A stretch of 63,708 nucleotides of DNA, filler included, from Stramenopiles sp. TOSAG23-3 (GCA_900128585.1; 8 parts of 8 records of this genome joined end to end with filler, not necessarily neighbours in it), one strand, 5' to 3'. Numbered from the whole stretch's first letter, positions 30,701-41,035 are shown. Numbers and translations are program-made. The notes: a model not told the origin generated them from the sequence alone.

Positions 30701-31362
30701 GCAGCAAAGTGGATTATTTGCCCCACACTGAAGTTGGGCTGCAGCTTTACTCTGACACGAATGGGTGCTGCCATGGAACGAGGAGCTACGACGAGTGCTC
30801 GGATATAGGCTGCGGACTTACCCGCGTCCAGCATCACTGGAGGGACCAATCGTTGTCGTTCAAACTTGTCGTGACCGGAACCACATTTCGGTTCTTGCTG
30901 CACGAATCGTTGTTGGAAGGGACAAAATTCACGTCCCCGTCGAAGACGAACCACCTGAAACTGGGCGAGGACGTGAATTCTGGGGACGTTACAAACGCCG
31001 ATAACAAGGGCACAAGTCTGCTGGAAATGTCCTCTCCAACAGCAAAGTCTATCCTCGACTCGTTCAAGGAGACTGTCACAGGAAACTGTGCGGGTTTCGA
31101 CGGAAAGGTCCTCTTCAAGAACGTCGGGGTCGACGCGGAGAAGAAGTTTTCATTCAGTTGCAAGCTGTCGCCGAACCTGTGCCGGTGCGTTACCGCCAAC
31201 AAGGCCGAAAACAAGAAAACTGTCTTTAGCAACGGCAACGTCAAGTTTGTGCTCGAGGGGGATGGTCAGTATGTATCGTACGAATACGAAGTTCGGCAAA
31301 GAAGAAGAAGAATTCTTGGGCGCACGAGCATGCAGCGATTCCGTGGAGGTGGCGGGTCGTAG
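27748..31362 (+). CDS. Large secreted precursor: cationic amphipathic segment, Cys-rich and TNFR/GCC2-GCC3-like repeats, coiled coil, C-terminal RRRRIL tail
   Basis: Signal peptide; RRRLL, RFLQ, RKLL and RRIL sites; CPPGHY...CIPCPKGMFS...CVACPFGETT repeats. Confidence 0.8.
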   Translation: MSKLILLLALLLQTVVFVSCAKLGDAQLVSGSQKANAGLNTIVFDDDGNDNNEGLRPQHRRRLLSRYRGRTSEPLRFLQTRTSWGKKKRKKMKKKWKKMKKKFKKGVKKFKKGIKKAAKYTGKVAKIAGKGIAKGVKEAGKYTVKGVVEAGKFTAKMGESMLRWMGILNSGDVNSAEIAHYLSLLDPKAISYPSYSGTCHKGEGLIVTEAKRFCGAQEGKDSADTSGLITDEKTCRDVAMKYYARQHPELHEGGEFLRFGRDFIDKTPTNVLHPYLFDKVPLPPKYKQTPMREYTETVAKQKKFKNWVPYKGGSGFKIGRPKDKPRDAPNGCFVYENKFYFNKKHNKEARCFHAREKKSMFLNTCLCKPKCKACIGSTYNSETSHKNECLKCNNFTILDSRERHVGCTKGKSCPPGHYHDLSRKFCIPCPKGMFSFSGDSPDGYPAFCVACPFGETTRRSGTEGGKDACIAKPAYRAQLQREKRAAKKAETTVKDLTKLRGITTQLVTVVDASDTTKAKLARNIAEANIQAIYNRQQSNRLRSDMKAEMTYCERQRTPVGEKKEDKGSAMGMVIFPTVHMEEERDSTACLNINRDMAVNAYCNFRQDFDDVLREFGLYNKKMASGKAFWPNICCASVKDDCIHTNGIAQTDMIPFVLAQGGKLTPESLRGELYSMLGSHSQNSIRSDGHLLNGMKAALQYVTRTTRVGVEKANVAFVQLFENLNLCGPRVLKSPKNEEAHLCELFYAYPHMMQSFLSQFKGLLEAKDNGANGDPLPRNSHGRKLLTKPTSEHEAIAVLKAVLQKVDKVEKSDEALRKENREIRAKLEALTELAQGGQADVGRKEKIQKKKQQGCPKSLKRKFETREELKKMQSHFCTEYGLDLAHKDIVNVAMVYIEDNLRTKEKGGAGVQEVYRRRISENIKYSVTDQCQFAPLFTTEDISIQQIEKMDAKSTDKLKKEWVMLIVLDSGNEKGYLKRELQNGKCSKVDYLPHTEVGLQLYSDTNGCCHGTRSYDECSDIGCGLTRVQHHWRDQSLSFKLVVTGTTFRFLLHESLLEGTKFTSPSKTNHLKLGEDVNSGDVTNADNKGTSLLEMSSPTAKSILDSFKETVTGNCAGFDGKVLFKNVGVDAEKKFSFSCKLSPNLCRCVTANKAENKKTVFSNGNVKFVLEGDGQYVSYEYEVRQRRRRILGRTSMQRFRGGGGS

Positions 31363-31391
31363 ATTCGGAGTACGTAAGTTATTAATTTAAT

Positions 31392-31415
31392 ACAAGAAAA
31401 ATTGGCTGTTATTTT
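31392..31415 (+). promoter_or_regulatory. Conserved 3'-flank motif, copy 3
   Basis: ACAAGAAAAATTGGCTGTTATTTT, 30 nt after the stop at 31362. Confidence 0.55.
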
Positions 31416-31764
31416 TAATTTATTAAATATGATTGTTGAAAAAGCAAGTAGTATACTGGGGGATCTTGGTCATTTTCTAAATTTCAACCGTTGAAAAAGT
31501 TTAAGAGCAAATTAACATCACAAAATTAAAACCGCCGTAGATACGAGGTACGTAAGATTGTTGAAAAACCAAACACAGGGTATATATACACTCCTACAAG
31601 CATAAAATGGACACCTACTCCAGACGAACGAGGCGGTCTACCAGAAAATGTCGACACGGGGAGAGGAATTACCAAATGCATCTATAAAACTCGAGGACGG
31701 CATGCTGGCGAGAAAGGGTTGCCTGTTTTCCTTCCAAGATTACGAGGGTGACAATAGGCATCAT

Positions 31765-34530
31765 TTATGTCAGCTCAAACCCTTCCGTGTTCTCCATCGC
31801 ATAGATCAACTTTGACTTTAAAATTTTGGGGGACTCGTACGGGGGCAGCACCAGCTGGTTGAAGCATGTGTGGGCCCGGGGCAGGGCGTTCAGAGGGTCG
31901 CCCTCGGCCAAGGTCAACGTAAACGGAGGATCGTAACTGTCCAGTGGAAACTGCGACGTCCCAGTGCAAAATTTAAGGACCAGGCGCTGCTCATCGCTTG
32001 ACATTTTCTTGAAACACTGCCAAAAGTAATGCACGGTAGTGCTGGCGGAAGTGTACCCCCCGGTGTACTGGGACTTTGCCCGCAGGCCGTCGAGGTCGAT
32101 GTCCGACCGACCGTTGAGGAGCATGCCCAACTCGTTCGGCCGAAGGGTCGCAGCAGCCGAGGGTGGAATCAATGTGTGGAAGCCCCTCAACACTGCGGCC
32201 AGCTGGGCGGAGACGCTGTCCCTCAGCTTCCACTTTGAAATAGCCTGGACATATTTCGCTTTGTTCTCGTCCGTTACGTCAATGTACTTGCCTTTCGGAA
32301 CAATCTCGAACTCTTCCATGACGCCAAAGTTGTCCAGGAACACGGAAAATTTCTCGTAAATAACCCCGTCAATCTCATTGTGCAGCATCCAGTTCAAACC
32401 GATAAAGTACTGTGGGTCAAGCTCACCAAGGTCCTCCAGGCGCAGCGGTTTGCCACAGAGAACCCGCAGGAACCCCTGGCTCAACCGGCAATCGATCATG
32501 TGGCGCTCAAAAATGGCTTTGGCCAACAGCTTTCCGAAGAACTCGAAGTACTTCAAATGGTCTTCGTGGGCGATGCCGGATCGGGGGTCGATGTGGTAGC
32601 AGTTTCCGCCCTTAAAATGTTTGAACAGGCAGAGCCCGGGCTGCAGCAGCTGTTTCGATACGCTCAAGAACCAGTCCTTCGTCAGACCCCCGCTGTCTAT
32701 CCCTGGCTCGCCCTGAAACTCGATTCTCAGCTTTGCCCGCAGCTCGCTCATGGAAAAGTTCGAGAACGCGCGGAAACTTTCCGGTAACATCCGGTCGCGC
32801 TTGATGTTCAGGTTTTGGACGACCCTGTTCGTGTGGGGCGCGCCCCACAGGTAAAACAGAAACGCAAACCGTTTCTTTGCGAACGCCATGGCCAGGGGGG
32901 GCAACGTCAACGTTTCCGGGGGGTCCCATTGGGTCGCGCCCGAGTCTGCGTGGTAGTAGTAGGTATCCCCCGTCCTCTCGTCCACCTCTTCGGACCACCC
33001 CAGCGGCAGCTCCTCCCCACTTCCTCGCCGGTTGGCGTAGACATGGTCGGTCTCGTCCAGGGTTCTCACCTCGGTGACGGGGGACGCCAGCTTTCGGCCG
33101 TCCGGGCAAATGTAGTACAGCTTAAACTCATACTCCGTCCCTGGGATCAGCGATGCCCCCGTCTCCCCAACATTGAAGGAGGTCCCTTTCCCCATGAACA
33201 ACACGACGAAACCGTTGCCGCTTTCTTTTCGCTTTCCTTCGAGCTTGTACGTCACGCTCACGCCGATCCTGGGGTCGGGGGGGTCCCACTTGAACAGGAC
33301 GGTGTTTGCCGTGACGGTAGCGCACTCTGGCGCCAGCGGGTTCGTCAGTTCGGGCGAGGTCGTTTGCACCATTGTCGACGGCTCGGAAAATGCGCTCCAC
33401 CCGCCGCCTGGGGATGCCGCACGAACGCGAAATTCTATCAGGTCGCACATCGGGGGCAGGCCGTCGATCACGCACTGCCTTGCAAACTTCTTCAGGAGGG
33501 ACCGGGGCACGCTGTACCAATCGTGTTCGTCCGGCGTCGCCGTGCTGTTGCCACCCTTTGTGCCGTGGCCGACGTACCAGTCACGGATGACCGAGCTTGC
33601 CCCGGGCCGGAGGGGGCTTTCGCCCTTCTTTCCCTCCTCCCCGGGGGCCTCCCCGCCTTCCGACCCCTCCTCGGACCTCTCCTCCTCTTCGCCCTGAACT
33701 TCCCGCCACTGGACGTCCCACTGCTCTATCATTGCGTGGCAGTTCGGGCCCTTTCTCCACGAAACACGGATCGACGTTGCGGTAGACCCAACGTCCGGGC
33801 GGTGCGGTTTCATCGGGGTCGTGTCCGCAGCCGTGAGGAGGACGTCGTTCCGTGCTTGCGTGGCGTGCTGAAACATTCGAAAGTCGTCGGCGGCCTGCGT
33901 GTCTCCGATGAATAGTTTTGACGTTGGGCTGTTCGGGTCCACCGTAAGCTTTCCCACTTCCGATAACCGCCGCTGCCGAGAGGCTTCGACGAGCTCTTGG
34001 GTCTTTCTCCCCGCCTTTGTCGTCCCGTACAGCTGCTGGTGCGATTCCCCCGTTTTCTCCATGTTCTCGGCGACCGACAGGGAGCGCCGTCGCTGGAACG
34101 CGTTCCCCTCCCCGAACAGGATCGACTCGACGGCCATCAGGTTCCTGTCCGCTTTTCCTTGTGCAATGAGCACCCTGCACTCCCTCTCGGTTCGATTTTT
34201 AGCAGCGCTGTGGGTCTTCTCCAAGAGTTTCCGGCGCGCATTGTTCGGGCTCCCGGGCGATGACTTCGGGCTGGAGGCGTTCGACTTCGTGCTTATTTCA
34301 GACCCCGTCCGAACGAGCTCCCCCCGTTTCAAATACTTTTGCTCCTGGGGCGACGACGCCGAGTTCAGACCCGAGGACTGCCCCCCCCCCCATTCGTTCA
34401 GGTTGAAGCGCCTGTCAAGTAATGTGCTCTGGTCCACGATCCAGTTAAACGGTAATCATGATCGCCAACGGTTTCGTTCTCGCGCAAATTTACAATCAGA
34501 CAATGATGATGCCACACACACCTGCCCCAT
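31765..34530 (-). CDS. HECT E3 ubiquitin ligase with two FN3 domains and a WW domain; probable 9-nt first exon (34530-34522) and intron 34521-34429
   Basis: HECT motifs F-x-GEPGIDSGGL-x-x-DWF and LPRAHTCFNQL; WW LPLGWSEEVDERTGDTYYYH...TQWDPP; FN3 patterns. ATGGGGCAG|GTGTGT...TTTAAC...GACCAG| splices in frame (MGQ-STLLDRR). Confidence 0.9.
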
Positions 34531-34899
34531 TCAATCCATCATTTCAAGTGTAGGAGCAGAAACTATAGATGGTACCACGAGTTAATTCCACAACGGTGTA
34601 CACACACGCGCGCGCGCACTGTTCCTTTATTGTCCCGTTTTGTATTTGTTTTTGTGCGTTTTCTTTTTTCGTCGTCGGTTGATTGAAATCTATTTGAATT
34701 TTCAATGATGGAATTGAGATATCATACATATAAACCCAATTAAAAATGATCATTATGATCATTTTTGTTATATATTCTTACATTTTTAATAATTATTATT
34801 TATACTACTATATATAATAATAGGCATAATAATTAATTATATAGGCACCACCACAGAAGAAGGCAGAAGCGTGATAGATATTTCATATTTCATATTCTA

Positions 34900-34997
34900 T
34901 ATCTTCTTCTTCTTCTTACTTCTTCTTCTTTCTTCTTCTTCTTCTTCTTCTTCTTTCTTCTTCTTCTTTCTTCTTCTTCTTCTTCTTCTTCTTCTTC
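34900..34997 (+). repeat. (TTC)n microsatellite at contig end
   Basis: Read directly from the sequence. Confidence 0.9.
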
Positions 34998-35101
34998 NNN
35001 NNNNNNNNNNNNNNNNNNNNNNNNNNNNNNNNNNNNNNNNNTTAATTAATTAANNNNNNNNNNNNNNNNNNNNNNNNNNNNNNNNNNNNNNNNNNNNGAC
35101 C

Positions 35102-35346
35102 CATAATCAACTTCCTCATCCGGTGTCCCACTCATAGATGACTCATTCCTTGTGTGATTTTCAAAGCAGCGGCGTATTGTTTTAGAGGTGCTCGTTGTCT
35201 GACACCTCAGTTCGCAAATGACAATTCCTTGACTGGTTTACAAGACAGACAACGAGCACCTTTAAAACAATTACGCCGTTGCTTTGAAAATCACACAAGG
35301 AATGAGTCACCTATGAATGAGACACTGGACGAGGAAGTTGATTATG
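35102..35346. repeat. Imperfect inverted repeat, ~100-bp arms (35102-35201, 35246-35346), 44-bp loop
   Basis: Arms differ by 7 transitions and 1 indel; a homologous single arm lies at 61983-62085. Confidence 0.9.
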
Positions 35347-35499
35347 TGTCATTTGGAAGCATTGCTAATCCATCTACCGATCCAGATTATGAATGGAGTA
35401 CACCTGAGAATGATAGTCAACACTAAGTGACAAGGGTATACCGATTAGTAAAACCAAAAGAGCAAAGATAAGTTCGCAGTACATGAATTTTAATTACTT

Positions 35500-35525
35500 A
35501 AAATAACAGCCAATTTTGTGTTTTT
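35500..35525 (-). promoter_or_regulatory. Conserved motif, copy 4
   Basis: AAAAACACAAAATTGGCTGTTATTTT on the minus strand; no clear intact gene immediately upstream. Confidence 0.45.
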
Positions 35526-35747
35526 AAATATGACTTGCTGTTGCGGAAATGAAGTAGGAAACCCAAAAGCCTCATCAGGAAGGCCAAATACTGTCCCCAT
35601 TCGCGTTTCTGGTGCGCTCCGAAGGGTAGTGGTGCGCTCCGAAGGGTAGACATGGGTGGGAATGGCCCAGTATACAGCTTCATTCTCGGATACATAGCCC
35701 TGGGTGTTGTATCTGTGAGCAGTGTTGTGAGTGACTGAAATTATTCC

Positions 35748-36646
35748 ATGAGTCAGGGTTTTATTAACTCGCAGTCAACGCCCACAAGGACGCTTTGTTT
35801 TTGGAACCTTTGCAAATCTAGCTATTATGTAGTTTATTCACGTATGCGTACAAGAGGGCACATGAGCAACTCAATTGGGTCACCTTTTTGCGTGTATTGG
35901 CGTGGTTTGATATTTCGTGGAGTCTTTCCCCCGGATGTAATGCACTCCTTAACCGGTTTGGATGATGTTATGCTGGCGTTCGGGGCGCAGGGTAAAGAGT
36001 TGTTTGAGGCCGGACCATCAATTTTGTGCGTTGAAGGAGTTTTTTCGCATCACGCCAAAGCAAGACCCAGTCCAGGTATTTGGCGAGAGTTTTTGAGAGC
36101 AGCGAAGACAATCTTGGTGATATATATCCCCATGCGTATTGTAGGAGAGGCGTATCGGGCCATAGATGTCGGGGGGATCTTGGAGAGCTGAAACCGGCAT
36201 CTCTGTTTTCCCTGCCCTTTCGATCGCGTTTACCTGCCGTACTATGGGCCTGAGGTCACCATTTAGTAGGCCAGATATTGGTTCTGCAGAATGAACGTCT
36301 AGATTCTTGAAGATGCTGTACAGTTCTCATGCCATTTCAGCCATGGGTATCCGCGTCGAGGAGTGCCTGGTTTAGTGCGAACTGCAAGTCGTCCTCCTCC
36401 CATTGAGTTGCGCTGGGGTGGCGCACCAGGGTTCAGTAGGTTTTCTGGAACCCGGTGGATGTTGAAAATCGTCGCTGCCTCTCGCTTTGTTGTCCCGTTG
36501 TTGACGTTCATGCCTTGTATACCATGACTTACATGGACTTCTTTTACGAGTGGTTTCACTTTCGCGTTGCTACTGTAGAAGGTGGGATTACCCGATTTCA
36601 GGCACAAGACATTGTCTTTGCAGTACTGGCGCTATTTCACATATAA
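35748..36646 (+). pseudogene. Fragmented membrane-protein-like ORFs, weakly TMEM135-like
   Basis: Broken ORFs 35748..36191 and 36455..36646 with hydrophobic stretches (IWREFLRAAKTILVIYIP; VENRR.LSL...VHAL...IVFAVLALF). The resemblance is weak. Confidence 0.25.
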
Positions 36647-36648
36647 AA

Positions 36649-39306
36649 CTAAATTCCCGTATTTGCATTTTCTTTCTTTCCCATACCAGATTTTTCAGCA
36701 TTGTGAACTAAACTTTCTGCGTGAGTCAATAGCAGTTCCAGGTTAACAGGATTATGATGATGCTGGATCCGCCTGGAAGTAAGTTGAATAAACATGGAAG
36801 GGTTTATATAAGAGGCAGAGTGCAGGCAATTAAAAACGCTCTTTTGAACGCGAATTTCTTGATCATCAAGATGGACAAATAAACAATCCAGGGTATAATC
36901 CAAAGGCGTCCCAGCCCAGAATGATGGATTTGATGCTCTGAAAAACGAACATAATGTCCCACAAATGCATATACGAACATGGTCATCACTATCGTCTAGC
37001 CGTTTAAGAAGATCAGCATATATGTCAAACGCACTTTGTTCATTCAAGTCCCCAGAATACAATTCAAAAAGACTCCTTAATACACTGCAGGTCATTTTCC
37101 GAGTGATTGAATCGTCGTCACTGAGACAAGACACTGTTGTAGAAATGAAAATTTCCAAGTTTTCCTCAATGCACGCGGCTGTGATGAACTGACTACTCAT
37201 TAAAGATTCCAGACAAGAAATGCTGATCTTGCGAATTGTTGATGATACTCTTCCCACTCTCCAAGTGCAATTCGGAAGGAGTAATTGGCATATAATGATT
37301 TTCCCATACGCCATGAATGATTCCACATGCCATTTTGTTCTCAGTACTGTGTCAAGAAGTGCCAACACTGAAATCAAAACATCAGGTTGGTTCTCGGGAT
37401 CTAACAAAACCTGGAAATACGGCATGATTTCTGCAAGGTGACTATATATAGTATCACCACAACCTCGCACCACAACATCAAAGAGAACCAATTGAAAAGA
37501 GTGCTTCTCCCACTTGCGAGCACAATCAGCTTCCCGGCAATGAAAACGTACTAATTCCATGATCTCGTCAAAAAACGCGTTATAGAACTCTTCCGTGGTA
37601 TTTACACCAGCTAGTGATGTTACTTTAGTAATTACTTCGGTAGCTCTCTTTACAACATGAGTATTTTTTGAATAGCCCAAAGTTTTGTAAATGATTATAA
37701 CCATGGTACTAACTATGTCAAGCCGGCCAATGCATTCGCTGTGGATCGATGAAACTAAATCATCAGCTGTTTCAATCAAAATGCAGTAGTATTCATCACG
37801 ATGGAAACTTTCTTCAAACGAAACACTCTCAGATAACAATTTTAGTAATCCTGGAATGACCTTAACACGATCACTTCCACACACACATTTTATTATGCTC
37901 GGCAAAATGGAAAGGATCCCGCAAAGAGTGTTTCGGACTTTAACTTCTGGAGCCAAATTTTCAGGGAACATGAAGACTCCATCTTTTTCTGAAGGTGCCG
38001 GGTTATTAGGTTTCGCTTCTTGAAGAAAATGAGAATATATATCAAGGATACCTATAGCAGGAATAGTCCTCCCTAGGTTAGCCGCGATACTTTGGGCAAT
38101 TTTTGTTATATCGTCATCTTCGTCTTGGGATGCTTTTGCTGCAAGTAAAACAATTTCATTGAGAAAATCCTCCAAATTTTGCGGGGATATATTAACGATA
38201 GCGGACAAGATATTGACACTGTGCAAGCGATCCTCATGTTTCCAAGAATCAATTTGAGTACTAACTATTGGGATCAGGGTCGACATGTGACTTCCAACGA
38301 CAAGCTTTCCCGCCTCAGATATAGGAATTTCTAACTCTTCCTTGTGACAAATTTCGTTGAAACTACTGTCATTTGCGGTATTCCCATTCATCATTTTTGT
38401 TCCAATGGAATTAAGAGTATTTATACAACGTCGTTTTATCGATGGTGATGAATTTCTACATACAAATAGTATGAGTTGGATCAAAATATTGCGGGCTGCG
38501 TCATTCACTTGAGGATACCAAAACAGGGAATTGCAGGCAGTCACTAATTCCATTTGTACAACAGGGGATCTATCAAACTCTAACCTTCGAAACACTGGCA
38601 AAACTTTTTCGTGAAGATAGTTCTCGATATTACACAAGACATGATTTACAGCAGTTCCAAATGCTCGTACACTCGCAGCACGAACACGAAACCGTTGATG
38701 AGTCATATTTTCGATAAGATTGTGCAAAACGGTATCTTGAACCAAAATTTTACCGGAAATATGGCGTAACATTGTAGCCAATAATTCCGCAGATTTAATC
38801 TTTACACTCGGGCAGGAATCTTTCAAGGTATGTAATACGATTGGTAATAGGTTCTGGGAGCATTCCATGACTAGAACTTCCGTGGTATCTTTCGACTCTA
38901 GTAATTCTGTCAAATAGGACAGAATACATATTCTTATCTCCTCCGCAGTTTCTACAAACGGTTTACAACCTAGGCGACCCAAAAAGACAAGAGATGCATC
39001 TTCAAGCAAATCGGTACTCTGGTAGAAAGATGCGGTTGATAACGACTGGAGCAAATGTAGTGCTTCTTCGCGACATTTTTCAGAGTGGTCAGAAGCTACT
39101 TTCAATATAGGTGTCTTCAAGTAGGTCAAAAATATGTCCTTCATCTCGGCTTTGTTAGCATCAGCATTGTCAAGAAAGTATTTCGATAACCGTTTCAACG
39201 CACCCCTTCTTTTTCTCACACTTGTGTCAGATAGACAATTAATATCGCGCCCAAATGTTTTTTTGAATTGTTCTTTGATCGTTCCGCTTTGGGAGAGAGA
39301 AGTCAT
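36649..39306 (-). CDS. DNAAF5: Dynein axonemal assembly factor 5 (HEATR2)-like HEAT-repeat protein
   Basis: 885 aa; RDINCLSD...RRGALKRL, DHSEKCRE, ETAEEIR, WRVGRVSSTIR and LLKRLDDSDDHVR match DNAAF5 family motifs. Confidence 0.85.
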   Translation of the reverse strand: MTSLSQSGTIKEQFKKTFGRDINCLSDTSVRKRRGALKRLSKYFLDNADANKAEMKDIFLTYLKTPILKVASDHSEKCREEALHLLQSLSTASFYQSTDLLEDASLVFLGRLGCKPFVETAEEIRICILSYLTELLESKDTTEVLVMECSQNLLPIVLHTLKDSCPSVKIKSAELLATMLRHISGKILVQDTVLHNLIENMTHQRFRVRAASVRAFGTAVNHVLCNIENYLHEKVLPVFRRLEFDRSPVVQMELVTACNSLFWYPQVNDAARNILIQLILFVCRNSSPSIKRRCINTLNSIGTKMMNGNTANDSSFNEICHKEELEIPISEAGKLVVGSHMSTLIPIVSTQIDSWKHEDRLHSVNILSAIVNISPQNLEDFLNEIVLLAAKASQDEDDDITKIAQSIAANLGRTIPAIGILDIYSHFLQEAKPNNPAPSEKDGVFMFPENLAPEVKVRNTLCGILSILPSIIKCVCGSDRVKVIPGLLKLLSESVSFEESFHRDEYYCILIETADDLVSSIHSECIGRLDIVSTMVIIIYKTLGYSKNTHVVKRATEVITKVTSLAGVNTTEEFYNAFFDEIMELVRFHCREADCARKWEKHSFQLVLFDVVVRGCGDTIYSHLAEIMPYFQVLLDPENQPDVLISVLALLDTVLRTKWHVESFMAYGKIIICQLLLPNCTWRVGRVSSTIRKISISCLESLMSSQFITAACIEENLEIFISTTVSCLSDDDSITRKMTCSVLRSLFELYSGDLNEQSAFDIYADLLKRLDDSDDHVRICICGTLCSFFRASNPSFWAGTPLDYTLDCLFVHLDDQEIRVQKSVFNCLHSASYINPSMFIQLTSRRIQHHHNPVNLELLLTHAESLVHNAEKSGMGKKENANTGI

Positions 39307-39542
39307 TTCAGAGATTGTAGCAAAACTGGTAGAACAGAATAGAGAATATCAAAAGGTTGTAAGATTACTAGAAGTCGTGATTCCGTTCTGTTTTGCTCCG
39401 TGCCTAGTAATAGTATCGAATTATTGTGCGTACATGACAGGGTAGAGGAAGTGCGGCCGATTGGTTGTGCTTTTTTTAAATGTATTATTTAGACGACGAC
39501 AACGAAGTCGTCTCTACAACAAAAAACAAACATTTTTTATTC

Positions 39543-39694
39543 AAAGTGATTCATGTCGCATTTTAAAATTATTTTGGAAACCAACCCAATGATATGTCTA
39601 TGTAATAATTACCCCTATCAAAACATATTAGAATACAGAACGAATGAAAGGGTTGGTTTCCAAAATAATTTTAAAATGCGACATGAATCACTTT
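39543..39694. mobile_element. MITE-like element with perfect 45-bp inverted repeats
   Basis: 39543-39587 is the exact reverse complement of 39650-39694 (62-bp spacer); a diverged arm lies at 46485-46525. Confidence 0.65.
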
Positions 39695-40057
39695 ATTATT
39701 TTTTGCGTGGTGGTGTCTACTATTTATTTTATTATTATATTATGTAATAGCGCCTAGAAAGACGACCATTGTATATGAGCTAATTCATATCAAAAAACGA
39801 ACCATTTATTTTTATTTGCGAGTTTAAGGACAAATCCATAAACTTATTACTGTAGGAAAAACGATATTTTATTATTATCAGTTTAAGGGATTGTAATCTT
39901 GTCCGTTTTGGCAAGTTCCTCATCGAGTCTTCTGAAGATAGTCGTCAAAGATAGAGGAAGTCGGACAGTCGAAAAAAAACTCATTCTCTTTTTTTGTTGT
40001 TGTTGCTGTTGTTGTTACATTACAGATGTTCTTTTTAGGAAATGGTGTTATCTAATA

Positions 40058-40830
40058 TAAAAATGTGAAAAAGGGTGTGCGAGCCGAGAGGTATTGTACT
40101 TTGCACGATTAGCTGACAGGGGGGGGGGGCATTGTACTTTTCGCAGTTAGTGAACAGGAGAGCGTGTGTGAGCAAAAATTCACGAAAAAATAGATATTTT
40201 AATTTAATGCTGTTAAGTATGTTAAATATATTAACATAAAATAACAAAGAAAATGAGAGGCAGAAATTCAATCCCTTAATTTACGCTTGAGAGGCGACGA
40301 CAAAACCATCGATTTTCAGATTTTCAAAACATTGTTGGTAGACTAATTAGTATTGTTTGAACACAAATTACTGCAAATATTTGTTTTATAAGAAAGACGA
40401 AGAAAAATATATTAAGGAAATATACACGAAATATTAATCACTAGTTTTATTTTAATGTTAATTATATTTAACACAAAAACAGCATTAAATTAATATCTAT
40501 TTTTTCGTGAATTTTCACACATGCGCTCCCCTCACTGCGAAAAGTACAATACTTCTCGGCGCGGCGGCGCGCACACCTTTTTTTGACATTTTTTACCGAC
40601 TTGTTTAATGCCTGTGTTTATATTATTAAATTTACAGTATAATCAGAGAGTACAATATAATGTTAGGGATGAATTAATATAAACACAGCATTAAACAGGT
40701 TGGTAAAAAATGTAAAAAAAGGTGTGTGCGTGTGCCGATAGGTAGCCCCCCTGTAAGCAAATCGTGCCAAGTACAGTACATTATACTCCCCCCCCTGGGC
40801 ACTAATCGTGCAATCTACAATACCTAGTTC
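40058..40830. repeat. Nested foldback repeat complex
   Basis: ~40060-40247 is inverted versus ~40444-40593, and ~40572-40625 versus ~40675-40730; a poly-C + CTAATCGTGCAA submodule recurs in both orientations. Confidence 0.8.
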
Positions 40831-41035
40831 ACTAGTAGGAACCAAGTGGTTCGCTTGCAGGGATATTGTGTGATGCTCGGGTTAGGGTTATATTCCACCG
40901 CGTACATGATTTTCCAGCATATTATTTTGGTTCTTCATTCCATTGAGTTCAACAAAATTTGGTTTAAATTCATGAGGGGAGGCTCCACTCTTTTCGTCCG
41001 TCGCCAGTTATTAAATAACTGCAATTCTGCCACTG

